Of a stretch of DNA of 64,000 nt, positions 38,095 through 46,752 are shown in pieces (within the stretch, counting starts at the first letter, position 1; each line of letters opens with the position of its first letter). The DNA is from Patescibacteria group bacterium UBA3533 (lineage in GTDB: Bacteria; Patescibacteriota; Minisyncoccia; Phycocordibacterales; Phycocordibacteraceae), in assembly GCA_002376865.1 (NCBI GenBank), contig DFOU01000003.1:62572-126571 (forward strand), written 5' to 3'. The translations under genes and the position numbers were made by a program. Below the pieces are notes generated by a model that searched no databases, was not told the origin of the DNA, and saw only the letters and a list, made by a program, of their open reading frames with translations.

Positions 38095-38709
38095 ATGAAG
38101 GAGGGTGCAGTGAGCACTGAAACCACAGAAAAACTCATCTATTGCAACTTTTGCAAGAAAAGTCAACACGAAGTGTCTTGCATGATAACGTCGTTAGATG
38201 CAAATATTTGTGATGAATGCATAGATCTTTGTGTCGATACATTAAAGATTAGGCGTTACAAAAAGTTAAAAGCGTCTGACAAAAATGGGTCTTTAAAAGT
38301 GTCTTCGGTTATGGGCATAATGACGCACGGTGTCCGTGTTTCTTCTCGTCCTGCAGGGATTATTTTTGAAGAAAAAAACCCTCTCTTGTTAATGGATAGA
38401 AATGAACATGATTCTATATGTGTAGAAGATGTTGTATATATCAGTGGGTCCCATACTCCGTGGAACCTTCTTACTTCAACTGGAGAACGAGACTTAAACT
38501 TTGAAAATGAACTTTTTAAAGTTGTAGGATTTGTTGAGCTTGAAGGTAGAACAAAGAAGTCTAGCGAATTCCCTTGTTCTGCTGATGTTATTTGCACATT
38601 TGCTATTCTGTCTCTGTCGAGTGGCGAGGACGATTCTATAAAAGTGTGTACAGAAGATTCAAAGGTGCTCCTTTTTTGGACTGGTTGTCTAAAGAAGAAA
38701 TTCGCCTAA
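38095..38709 (+). CDS. ClpX-type C4 zinc-finger (ZBD) protein fused to an uncharacterised ~160-aa C-terminal domain
   Basis: KLIYCNFCKKSQHEVSCMITSLDANICDECIDLCVDTL closely mirrors the ClpX N-terminal zinc-binding domain (LYCSFCGKSQ...YICDECV.LC). No AAA+ module follows. Alternative GTG start at 38110 sits 5 nt after an AAGGAGG SD. Confidence 0.55.
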   Translation: MKEGAVSTETTEKLIYCNFCKKSQHEVSCMITSLDANICDECIDLCVDTLKIRRYKKLKASDKNGSLKVSSVMGIMTHGVRVSSRPAGIIFEEKNPLLLMDRNEHDSICVEDVVYISGSHTPWNLLTSTGERDLNFENELFKVVGFVELEGRTKKSSEFPCSADVICTFAILSLSSGEDDSIKVCTEDSKVLLFWTGCLKKKFA

Positions 38710-38714
38710 GAATA

Positions 38715-38748
38715 AAACCGCCTGATTGCATCAGGCGGTTTCTCTTTT
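38715..38748. terminator. Bidirectional terminator between convergent genes
   Basis: aaaccgcctga-ttgca-tcaggcggttt with flanking A/T runs. Confidence 0.65.
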
Positions 38749-38750
38749 AA

Positions 38751-39500
38751 TTAATGTCCGTGTCCGCTCGTTACGAGGATCATAAGTATGAGTCCTGCTA
38801 CAAAGAAGATGATGTGTGGTACTGGCTTACACTCATGATGAATTGATTTAAAGATACTTGGGATAAAGTCTCGAAGGATAATGTGGAGGAATCCTCCTGC
38901 GGTAAATGCAAGAAGAGGAATCACAACACCTTCAATATCTGTAACAAGAAGTCCAATACCGATTCCAATAAAAATAGTTAGAGCGGTAAGGAAATTAAAG
39001 AAGAGTGCCATCCTAGTTGAGTAACCAGCTTCTTTAAGTACAAAGAATTCAGCAATTTCCTGAACCATCTCATGTATGAGAATTCCAACAATAGCTGCTC
39101 CTCCCAGAACAGGGCTTGCTATAAAAAGAGGTACAAGCAAAATACCGTCTCCGATGTTGTGGAGTGAGTCTCCTAGAAGCATGCGCCTCGCATCAATTGA
39201 TGAGTGAGAGTGCTCTTGTGTGGGTCCGTGATGGTGATGTGCTTTTGAGAGGAAAGTAGTAAGTCCTGCAAAGAATAAAAAACCAATGGCAATCGCAAGG
39301 CTTGTGTAGAGCATGTCTCCCTCATGAAAAACTTCTTCAAGGAGTGTGTAGGTAAGTACGATAAATACTCCGGTGGCAAAACTTATCAAGTATCGAATAT
39401 TGTTTGTAAAAAATTTTCCAAGGAGTGCATGTGTTGTAACAACTCCAATTAATGAAGCTGAAGCAATAATTCCTCCTGCAATAAGTAGTTGTAGTTCCAT
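38751..39500 (-). CDS. ZIP-family metal (zinc) transporter
   Basis: Multi-TM protein with a His-rich loop (HHHHGPTQEHSHS) and the HEMVQEIAEF signature helix typical of ZupT/ZIP. Start at MELQLL. Confidence 0.75.
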   Translation of the reverse strand: MELQLLIAGGIIASASLIGVVTTHALLGKFFTNNIRYLISFATGVFIVLTYTLLEEVFHEGDMLYTSLAIAIGFLFFAGLTTFLSKAHHHHGPTQEHSHSSIDARRMLLGDSLHNIGDGILLVPLFIASPVLGGAAIVGILIHEMVQEIAEFFVLKEAGYSTRMALFFNFLTALTIFIGIGIGLLVTDIEGVVIPLLAFTAGGFLHIILRDFIPSIFKSIHHECKPVPHIIFFVAGLILMILVTSGHGH

Positions 39501-39571
39501 GCACAAAACTATAGCGCATAATTCACCTCTTGCTAGTGCAGGAGAATGGTTTTGGCGTATACTGCCTATAT

Positions 39572-40069
39572 ATGAGTAAAAGCAGAAACCACGGAATTGC
39601 GATGCTGGTTGCAGTGATTGCATTTGTAACATTCTTTTCAATTATAGGATTTGGTCGAGGGCTTACTGAGCCTCTTGTCTCAACCATTGAATCACCTGAA
39701 GAGCTTGCAAATGCAACCACGGCGTTTAATACTGCTTCAGTGAATCCAGAAACAGGACTTATAAGTGAAGACACGGTTCTCGGAGATGGCGCTGAAGCTG
39801 TTGCCGGGAAGAGCGTTGTTGTGAACTACACTGGAGCATTTGAAGATGGAACTGTATTTGATAGTTCTGTTGGACGTGCACCATTTGAGTTTACGCTTGG
39901 AGCAGGTCAGGTAATCGCTGGTTGGGATCAGGGAGTTGTAGGAATGAAAGTGGGAGGACAGCGTGTCCTTGTTATTCCTTCAGATCTTGGATATGGAGAC
40001 CAGGGATACGGACCAATTCCGGGAGGAGCAACACTTGTCTTCGAAGTTGAGCTACTTGAAGTAAAGTAA
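39572..40069 (+). CDS. FKBP-type peptidyl-prolyl cis-trans isomerase (membrane-anchored)
   Basis: N-terminal TM helix. FKBP domain [18 protein letters not shown]...[33 protein letters not shown]. Confidence 0.8.
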   Translation: MSKSRNHGIAMLVAVIAFVTFFSIIGFGRGLTEPLVSTIESPEELANATTAFNTASVNPETGLISEDTVLGDGAEAVAGKSVVVNYTGAFEDGTVFDSSVGRAPFEFTLGAGQVIAGWDQGVVGMKVGGQRVLVIPSDLGYGDQGYGPIPGGATLVFEVELLEVK

Positions 40070-40098
40070 GCAGAATATTTATCATAATAGAGAGATTG

Positions 40099-40120
40099 GC
40101 ACCCGTACGGGTGCTTTTTT
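40099..40120 (+). terminator. Rho-independent terminator
   Basis: gcacccgtacgggtgc followed by tttttt. Confidence 0.65.
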
Positions 40121-40122
40121 CT

Positions 40123-40158
40123 AACTACTGAGTTAACTACGTAGTTAACTCAGTAGTT
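40123..40158. repeat. Perfect 36-bp palindrome (18-bp inverted arms, no spacer)
   Basis: aactactgagttaactacgtagttaactcagtagtt equals its own reverse complement. Followed by gcattttttc. Lies 33 bp upstream of the tgt start. Confidence 0.9.
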
Positions 40159-40190
40159 GCATTTTTTCTCTAACACTCTAGTGTGCAGGT

Positions 40191-41387
40191 ATGAAGTTTG
40201 CAAAAACACATCAAGATGGTGCTGCAAGAGCAGGAATCATAGAAACAGCGCACGGAAATATTGAAACTCCTGCGTTTATTCCTGTTGGAACCAAAGCAAC
40301 TATTAAAGGAGTGCATCCACATGAGGTAAAGGATATTGGTGCACAAGTGATTCTTGCAAACACCTACCACCTCTTTTTGCAGCCAGGAGATGATCTTGTA
40401 AAAAAGCATGGAGGACTCCATAAGTTTATGAATTGGGCAGGTCCCATTGTTACAGATTCTGGAGGATTTCAAGTATTTAGTCTTGGCGCTGGTTTTGATA
40501 AGAGTGTCTCTAAAATGGGAGAGAAAAAGGAGGTGCAAAGCAGAACTCCTGCAGTTTTTGATGAAGCAATATTAAATGAGCATGGGAAGCTCGCCATAGT
40601 TGATGATGAGGGAGTTTCCTTCACATCTCATATAGATGGGACACTCTATCGATTTACGCCGGAGCGATCAGTTGAGATTCAGCATAATTTAGGAGCAGAT
40701 ATCTTTTTTGCGTTTGATGAGTGCACATCTCCTGATGCGGACTATGATTACCAAAGAGAAGCAATGAATAGAACGCACAGGTGGGCGAAGCGTTCTCTTG
40801 ATGCACACCGAAGAAACCTAGACAGCAAGCAGGCAATCTTTGGAATTGTGCAGGGCGGTAGGCACACTGATCTTCGAGAAGAGTCTTCAAAGACATTGGG
40901 GGATATGAATTTTGATGGATATGGAATTGGCGGAAGTTTTAGTAAAGAAGACTTGGGGCCAGCACTCGACGCGGGACTTAAGCATTTGCCAGAGGATAAG
41001 CCTCGGCACCTGCTTGGCATTGGAGAGCCGGCAGATATGTTTGAGGGAGTAGCACGTGGTATTGATACGTTTGATTGTGTTGCTGCAACCCGTCTTGCTC
41101 GAAACGGAACAGCGTATACGCTTGATGGGCCAATTGATCTAAGAAAAGAACCTTTCAAGGAAGACATGACTCCAATAGAGAAGGACCTTCCTGATTCTCC
41201 ATCTGCTCCATATACTCGTGCGTATCTAGCACACCTCTTTAGGGCAAAAGAAATGCTTGGAGGAATGATTGTCTCACAACACAACCTCTACTTTATTTTG
41301 AAGTTAGTTGATGACATGAGAGAAGCTATTAAAGAGGGAAGGTTTGAAGAGTTTAGGAAAGAGTTTTGCGATCGATACTACGCTTGA
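40191..41387 (+). CDS. tgt: Queuine tRNA-ribosyltransferase homolog
   Basis: 398 aa. Tgt N-terminal and catalytic motifs (ARAGIIETAHGNIETPAFIPVGT, GGFQVFSLG, LLGIGEP). The C-terminal CxCxxC zinc motif of canonical Tgt appears replaced (DLPDSPSAP). Confidence 0.8.
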   Translation: MKFAKTHQDGAARAGIIETAHGNIETPAFIPVGTKATIKGVHPHEVKDIGAQVILANTYHLFLQPGDDLVKKHGGLHKFMNWAGPIVTDSGGFQVFSLGAGFDKSVSKMGEKKEVQSRTPAVFDEAILNEHGKLAIVDDEGVSFTSHIDGTLYRFTPERSVEIQHNLGADIFFAFDECTSPDADYDYQREAMNRTHRWAKRSLDAHRRNLDSKQAIFGIVQGGRHTDLREESSKTLGDMNFDGYGIGGSFSKEDLGPALDAGLKHLPEDKPRHLLGIGEPADMFEGVARGIDTFDCVAATRLARNGTAYTLDGPIDLRKEPFKEDMTPIEKDLPDSPSAPYTRAYLAHLFRAKEMLGGMIVSQHNLYFILKLVDDMREAIKEGRFEEFRKEFCDRYYA

Positions 41388-41440
41388 CCAGAAGTATAAT
41401 TAGTTGTACTTTGGCGGAGGTTTGAAAAGAGGAGAGTGTG

Positions 41441-41611
41441 ATGGGAAAGAAGGCAAAAAATCCTGTACGTCATCCACAGGGAGATTTTCTCTCTGAGGGA
41501 GATCGCAAAAGGTGGGAGAAAGCACTTGCTGCTGATGATCAGAGGCTTGGCGGAATCTCACATCCTGGGCACTGTGCCTGGAAAGACGTGGGGCACGTCT
41601 GCCAAAGCTAG
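41441..41611 (+). CDS. Candidate small protein (56 aa)
   Basis: AAGAGGAG SD-like sequence upstream. MGKKAKNPVRHPQGDF...GHCAWKDVGHVCQS. Lies at the start of a GC-enriched stretch. Confidence 0.3.
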   Translation: MGKKAKNPVRHPQGDFLSEGDRKRWEKALAADDQRLGGISHPGHCAWKDVGHVCQS

Positions 41612-41736
41612 TTTTCAGAGGCAACTACATATGTGTAGTTGCCTCTTGACATTTTTGTATAAAAGTTATTGGATAAATATATCCTTAAGAAATTTTGGAT
41701 TATTTTCATCAAGCCAAACTGGAAAGGAGGCACGTG

Positions 41737-42423
41737 ATGAAACAAGGTTCTTTGAAAGCAAGCATTCTTGCCTTTGCACTTACTTTCTTCATATTCTTGC
41801 CTTTGCAAACTGCAGAAGCTGCGGATACGTGGGAGGGACAGGTTCAGGTTGAACGGACCCCAACTGTAATCTCGGCAACAATGAATATCTCTCTTCGTCG
41901 TGATTTCGAAACACTGAATCTCATTGCTTCATGCAATGCCAATCGGAACGACATGAGCCCGTGCGAGTTTTTCGTTTGGTTTCGGAGTCCGCCTCCGCCA
42001 AGAAATACTCAACGAGTCGTTCTCCGTTTCTATAAGGGTGGTGAGAGAATTCTGAGTGCCGCAGCTGGTTCTGAAAATGCATCGTATGATAGGGAAAGTG
42101 GCCGCTTTGTTCTTTCTTGGAGAGAATATTCTGGAACGTCACTCTCTTTGATGCAGACTCTTGCTGAAGGCGGAGAAATTGTGGTTGAGCTCTCAAGCGC
42201 AAACGGCCTGGGACAACCCGTTCCGTATTCGACCCACACATTCGAGGTTCCGGCGCTTCCGCAGCGAGCCATCGAGATAATTCAGACTATGAGGACGTCT
42301 GAAGAACGTCCAATCACATGGGCTCGAGAAGTGTTGGGTCCCTGTCATACTCAGTTGGACGAAGAAAGGATAGTCGCTTCAGCAGAGTTCTCTGGGGCAA
42401 GATTTCAAAATCAAACTTGTTAA
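41737..42423 (+). CDS. Secreted hypothetical protein (signal peptide)
   Basis: Strong SD (aaggagg). Signal peptide ILAFALTFFIFLPLQTAEA. Intermediate GC, higher than the surrounding genome. Confidence 0.5.
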   Translation: MKQGSLKASILAFALTFFIFLPLQTAEAADTWEGQVQVERTPTVISATMNISLRRDFETLNLIASCNANRNDMSPCEFFVWFRSPPPPRNTQRVVLRFYKGGERILSAAAGSENASYDRESGRFVLSWREYSGTSLSLMQTLAEGGEIVVELSSANGLGQPVPYSTHTFEVPALPQRAIEIIQTMRTSEERPITWAREVLGPCHTQLDEERIVASAEFSGARFQNQTC

Positions 42424-42600
42424 GTGGGGTCAAGAATGCAAAGTTGTAAATCAAGGGCGTAGATCACTATAAGTGTCTCGCCCTTTCTTTTTTATATAAC
42501 TCTTGACATATTTTTTAATACTGGTATCTTTTCTGTTCCTGAAATGGTTCAGGTTCCTGGCTTATCGCCAGGCTTTCAATTGGAAAAAGGGATTTCCAAC

Positions 42601-43020
42601 ATGAAATCTGTTCTTACCACGTCTGCCGCTTTGGCGATCGCCTTCGCTTCTACCGCGGTTACGCGCACCGGTGACGGCTCGTCGCTCGTCGAATCCGAGA
42701 ACGTCGACGTCACGGCGAAGCTGCTGCAGATCCAGTCGACCGGCCCCGAACATGTGGCCTCCTATGACGAGGATCTCGCCGCTGAGCTGAAAGCTCTCGA
42801 CGCCGAAGTCACGAACTTCACCTACGACGGCCAGGTCGCCGGCAGTGTCGAAGACGTCCAGGCCCGCATGAAGCTGAATATCGGCCGTATCGCCGGCATC
42901 GCCGTGCGGAAACGCGGTTCGATCCTCGCCAATTACGGCGACATCATGGACACGGCCTCGACCGCCGACGTGACGAGTATCGGTTCGACCGAGACGCCGC
43001 AGGCTGTGGCCGCCGCCTAG
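42601..43020 (+). CDS. Secreted hypothetical protein encoded in a strongly GC-rich segment
   Basis: Signal peptide MKSVLTTSAALAIAFASTAV. Codon third positions are almost all G/C, unlike the rest of the window. The antisense ORF 42562-43200 is judged a GC artefact. Confidence 0.5.
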   Translation: MKSVLTTSAALAIAFASTAVTRTGDGSSLVESENVDVTAKLLQIQSTGPEHVASYDEDLAAELKALDAEVTNFTYDGQVAGSVEDVQARMKLNIGRIAGIAVRKRGSILANYGDIMDTASTADVTSIGSTETPQAVAAA

Positions 43021-43046
43021 CACAGCTGGGTATGCGGTAACAAGGA

Positions 43047-43080
43047 GCGGGATACCTACGGGTATCCCGCTTTTCTTTTT
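43047..43080 (+). terminator. Rho-independent terminator
   Basis: agcgggatacc-tac-gggtatcccgct followed by tttcttttttt. Confidence 0.65.
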
Positions 43081-43104
43081 TATATATAAAGGTAAGGTAT
43101 TGAT

Positions 43105-45111
43105 ATGAAATTTAAGCTTCATGCTCCATATAAACCTGCAGGAGATCAGCCAGAAGCTATCAAAGCTCTTGTGAAGGGAATTAAGTCTGGAAAGAAACAT
43201 CAGACACTTTTAGGTGTTACAGGGTCCGGAAAAACCTATACTGTTGCCAACGTTATTGAGCAGGTGCAAAAGCCAACAATTATCTTAGCTCACAACAAAA
43301 CGCTTGCAGCACAGCTAACGCAAGAGTATCGAGAATTCTTCCCAGAGAATGCAGTGCATTACTTTGTTTCGTACTATGACTACTATCAACCAGAGGCATA
43401 CATGCCAGGTTCTGATACATATATTGAAAAGGAGGCACAGATTAATGCAGAGGTGAATCGATTGCGGCATGCGAGTACGCAGGCACTCCTTACAAGAGAT
43501 GATGTAATTATTGTTGCATCGGTATCTGCCATCTATGGTCTTGGGTCTCCAGAAGAGTATAAAAAGTTCCATCTTCCGATTGAAAAAGGAAAGAATCTCT
43601 CTCGCAGTGAGTTGGTGCGAAAGCTTGTAGGTATTTTCTTTGAGCGAACAAATGCAGATCTTGAGCCTGGAAAGTTCCGTGCTGTTGGAAACAGTGTTGA
43701 ACTTATGCCGGTAAACGAAAAGACAATTTATCGTATTGAATTTGAAGGAGAGAAAGTTAGCACTGTTACGCAGGTAGATCCAATTTCAAGAAGTAACCTC
43801 AAAGACCTCGATTCATACTTTGTATTCCCAGCAAAGCACTTTGTAACGCCTGAGGATGAGAGGGAGCGTGCAATACATGATATTCAAGTAGAGCTTGAAG
43901 AGCAGCTTGCTCGGTTTGAGCGAGAAGCAAAGCCTCTTGAGCGTGAGCGTCTAAAGCGCCGCACACAAAATGATTTGGCATTGATTCGTGAGATTGGTTA
44001 TACCAATGGAATCGAGAATTACTCACGACATTTTGATGGAAGAAAGGTGGGGGAAGCACCGTATACATTACTTTCATATTTCCCAGAAGGATTCCTTACT
44101 GTTATTGATGAGTCGCACGTTACGGTGCCACAACTAGGTGCTATGTATGCGGGAGATCAGTCTCGAAAGAATACGCTTGTTGAGTTTGGTTTCCGCCTTC
44201 CTTCTGCAAAAGACAACAGGCCTCTTATGTTCGAGGAGTTTGAAAAAGTTGTTAACCAAACGATTTACACAACTGCAACGCCAGGAAAGTATGAGCTTGA
44301 AAAATCTGGAGATCCTATTGAGCAGGTTATTCGCCCTACAGGGCTCCTGGATCCTGAGATTATTATACGTGGAGTAAATGAGACGAAGGAATATGTTGGC
44401 CAAGTACAAGACTTTATTGAAGAGAGTGAGAAGGTTGTAAAAGGAGGAGGGCGAGTACTTGTAACAACACTTACAAAGAAAATGGCAGAGGATCTCTCTG
44501 AGTATTTAAATGATAAAGGCGTAAAGGCAGAGTGGCTACACTCCGATGTAAAAACAATTGATCGAATTACAATTCTCTCAGAATTTAGAAAAGGAAAGTT
44601 TGATTGTCTTGTTGGAGTTAACTTGCTTCGAGAAGGACTTGATCTTCCTGAGGTAGAGCTTGTTGGGATTCTTGATGCAGATAAGGAGGGGTTCCTTCGA
44701 AGTGAGACATCACTCATTCAGACAATTGGACGAGCTGCTCGAAATGTAAATGGACGTGTGATTTTATATGCTGACAATATGACAGGATCTCTAGATAAGG
44801 CTATTGGAGAAACAAACAGACGAAGAGAAAAGCAGCTCGCCTACAACAAAGAGCATGGCATTACACCGCAAACTATTAAAAAAGAGATTAAAGATATTGC
44901 AGAGCAGCTACGTACCGATCACCAAAAAGCAGTAGATGAAGTTCTAAAGGTGGAAGAGGAGCTATATAAGAAGAGTCCAAAGAAATATATAAAGGAAAAG
45001 CGGAAACAAATGGAAGCTGCGGTAGAGCGTCTTGATTTTGAAACAGCTGCAATCATTCGAGATCAGATTGCAACTCTAGAAGAGTCGGGGAAAGAAACAA
45101 AAAGCAAGTAG
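43105..45111 (+). CDS. uvrB: Excinuclease ABC subunit B
   Basis: 668 aa. Helicase motifs (GVTGSGKT, DESH). C-terminal UVR domain (FETAAIIRDQIATLEE). Confidence 0.92.
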   Translation: MKFKLHAPYKPAGDQPEAIKALVKGIKSGKKHQTLLGVTGSGKTYTVANVIEQVQKPTIILAHNKTLAAQLTQEYREFFPENAVHYFVSYYDYYQPEAYMPGSDTYIEKEAQINAEVNRLRHASTQALLTRDDVIIVASVSAIYGLGSPEEYKKFHLPIEKGKNLSRSELVRKLVGIFFERTNADLEPGKFRAVGNSVELMPVNEKTIYRIEFEGEKVSTVTQVDPISRSNLKDLDSYFVFPAKHFVTPEDERERAIHDIQVELEEQLARFEREAKPLERERLKRRTQNDLALIREIGYTNGIENYSRHFDGRKVGEAPYTLLSYFPEGFLTVIDESHVTVPQLGAMYAGDQSRKNTLVEFGFRLPSAKDNRPLMFEEFEKVVNQTIYTTATPGKYELEKSGDPIEQVIRPTGLLDPEIIIRGVNETKEYVGQVQDFIEESEKVVKGGGRVLVTTLTKKMAEDLSEYLNDKGVKAEWLHSDVKTIDRITILSEFRKGKFDCLVGVNLLREGLDLPEVELVGILDADKEGFLRSETSLIQTIGRAARNVNGRVILYADNMTGSLDKAIGETNRRREKQLAYNKEHGITPQTIKKEIKDIAEQLRTDHQKAVDEVLKVEEELYKKSPKKYIKEKRKQMEAAVERLDFETAAIIRDQIATLEESGKETKSK

Positions 45112-45132
45112 GGTAAGTGCTAAAGTAAAAGC

Positions 45133-46236
45133 ATGAAGAACATCTCGCTTCGGATGCTTTCCGTAATTTTGGCGGTGCTTGCACTTGCTATTGCAGGTGT
45201 CTCAGTATATTTCGGATCAGAGCTCCTTCGGGAAAACATCCTAGGATTTCTTGGCACAAATACACTTCCTCCACAATTTCAGCAACAGCTTACAGACATT
45301 CTTGTAGCCCAAGGAATTATTACTGTTGCTACGTTCCTTATTGTTGCGATTATTATCGTAGTTATTCTTGAGAGGATGGTAGTAAGGCCGCTGAATCTTC
45401 TTTCTGCTGTTATCCAGCAGTTTGGAAGTGGGCTGCACGCTGATGATATTCCAGATCCAAAAGGAGCTCCCCATGAGATTGATCACATTTTTGAAACCTT
45501 CACTACCATGGCAAAGCATGTAGAGGAGGCTCGAGCTCGAGATGAAGAAATGTCTCGCATTAAGTCTGACTTTATTTCAACTGCAGCTCACCAGCTTAGA
45601 ACACCTCTTACTGGTATTAGGTGGGCGCTTGAAGCCATGGCAAAAGAACCAATGGAAGAGGGGAAGAAGGCAGTAGTGGCTGATGCGCTAGAGAAAAATA
45701 AGCAACTCATTCAAATTGTACGGACACTTCTTGATGTATCTGCCATTGAGTCAGGACGATACAACTACAAATTTGAACCAACATCACTTCCTGAGCTTAT
45801 TGGAACAACTATTGAGCAGTTGCAAGAGCATGCTACTCGCCAGCAAGTTGCTGTTAAATTTATACCTCCCGAATATGTTCCAGACATAAAAGCTGATAAG
45901 GAGCGACTGCGTTGGGTGCTCATCAATCTTATTGAAAATGCTATTCGTTATACACCTCCAAAAGGTTCGGTAACTATTTCTCTTGAGCCTGCTCGAGGAA
46001 GGGTCTTTATATATGTACATGATACTGGAATCGGAATCCCAGATAATGAACGAAACAATATCTTTGAGCGATTCTATCGAGGGAAAGCAGCTGCAAAGAT
46101 GCAAAACGGAGGGAATGGACTTGGACTATATATTGCTCGAAATGTGGTGCGGGATCATGGAGGAGATCTCGACTTTAAGGCAAATGAAGCAGGAATTGGT
46201 ACAACATTCTTCTTTTCAGTACCTGTTGCAACATAG
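45133..46236 (+). CDS. Sensor histidine kinase
   Basis: 367 aa. Two TM helices, H-box FISTAAHQLRTPL, N/G boxes (NLIENAIRYT, GLGLYIARNVVRDHGG). Confidence 0.8.
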   Translation: MKNISLRMLSVILAVLALAIAGVSVYFGSELLRENILGFLGTNTLPPQFQQQLTDILVAQGIITVATFLIVAIIIVVILERMVVRPLNLLSAVIQQFGSGLHADDIPDPKGAPHEIDHIFETFTTMAKHVEEARARDEEMSRIKSDFISTAAHQLRTPLTGIRWALEAMAKEPMEEGKKAVVADALEKNKQLIQIVRTLLDVSAIESGRYNYKFEPTSLPELIGTTIEQLQEHATRQQVAVKFIPPEYVPDIKADKERLRWVLINLIENAIRYTPPKGSVTISLEPARGRVFIYVHDTGIGIPDNERNNIFERFYRGKAAAKMQNGGNGLGLYIARNVVRDHGGDLDFKANEAGIGTTFFFSVPVAT

Positions 46237-46265
46237 GGGTATATATATGATAGGATAAACGCATT

Positions 46266-46652
46266 ATGGCAGACGAAACACAACGAACAGTTTTGGTGGT
46301 AGAGGATGACCCAATCCTGAAGAACCTTCTGGGAAATACTTTCTCAGGACGATACAAGGCAATGTATGCAGGAACAGGGAAGGAGGCACTTCAGTATGTA
46401 GAGGAGTATAAGCCAGATATTATTTTGCTTGATCTCATGCTTCCTGAGATGGGGGGATTTGAGGTACTTGAGCAGCTTCGAGCTCGAACAGATGAGCTTA
46501 AAGATACTCCAGTAATTGTAGTGTCTAATCTTTCACAGGAGAGTGATCAAGAGAAGGCAAAGCAGCTTGGAGCAAATGACTACATGGTAAAGGCAGAGGT
46601 TGCGATTGAGGAGATCACTTCAAAGATTGATCAGTTTTTTCAAGAAGCGTAA
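46266..46652 (+). CDS. Response regulator, stand-alone receiver (CheY-like) domain
   Basis: 128 aa. VLVVEDD, phospho-acceptor Asp in IILLDLMLP, and the conserved Lys region. Confidence 0.8.
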   Translation: MADETQRTVLVVEDDPILKNLLGNTFSGRYKAMYAGTGKEALQYVEEYKPDIILLDLMLPEMGGFEVLEQLRARTDELKDTPVIVVSNLSQESDQEKAKQLGANDYMVKAEVAIEEITSKIDQFFQEA

Positions 46653-46752
46653 ATTCTCTTTACACTGTTGACAACTAAGGTTCCCGAAAGGGGGCCTTTT
46701 GTGTATAGTGCTCCTATACAAACCCTATGGCCAGCTCGTAGGGGGAATACGT

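Noticed and set aside
40748-41284. 178-aa ORF antisense within tgt
   Set aside because: Spurious mirror frame of a conserved gene.
42562-43200. 212-aa ORF on the - strand in the GC-rich segment
   Set aside because: High GC suppresses stop codons and yields long antisense frames. The + strand gene has a signal peptide, SD and terminator, so it is the preferred call.
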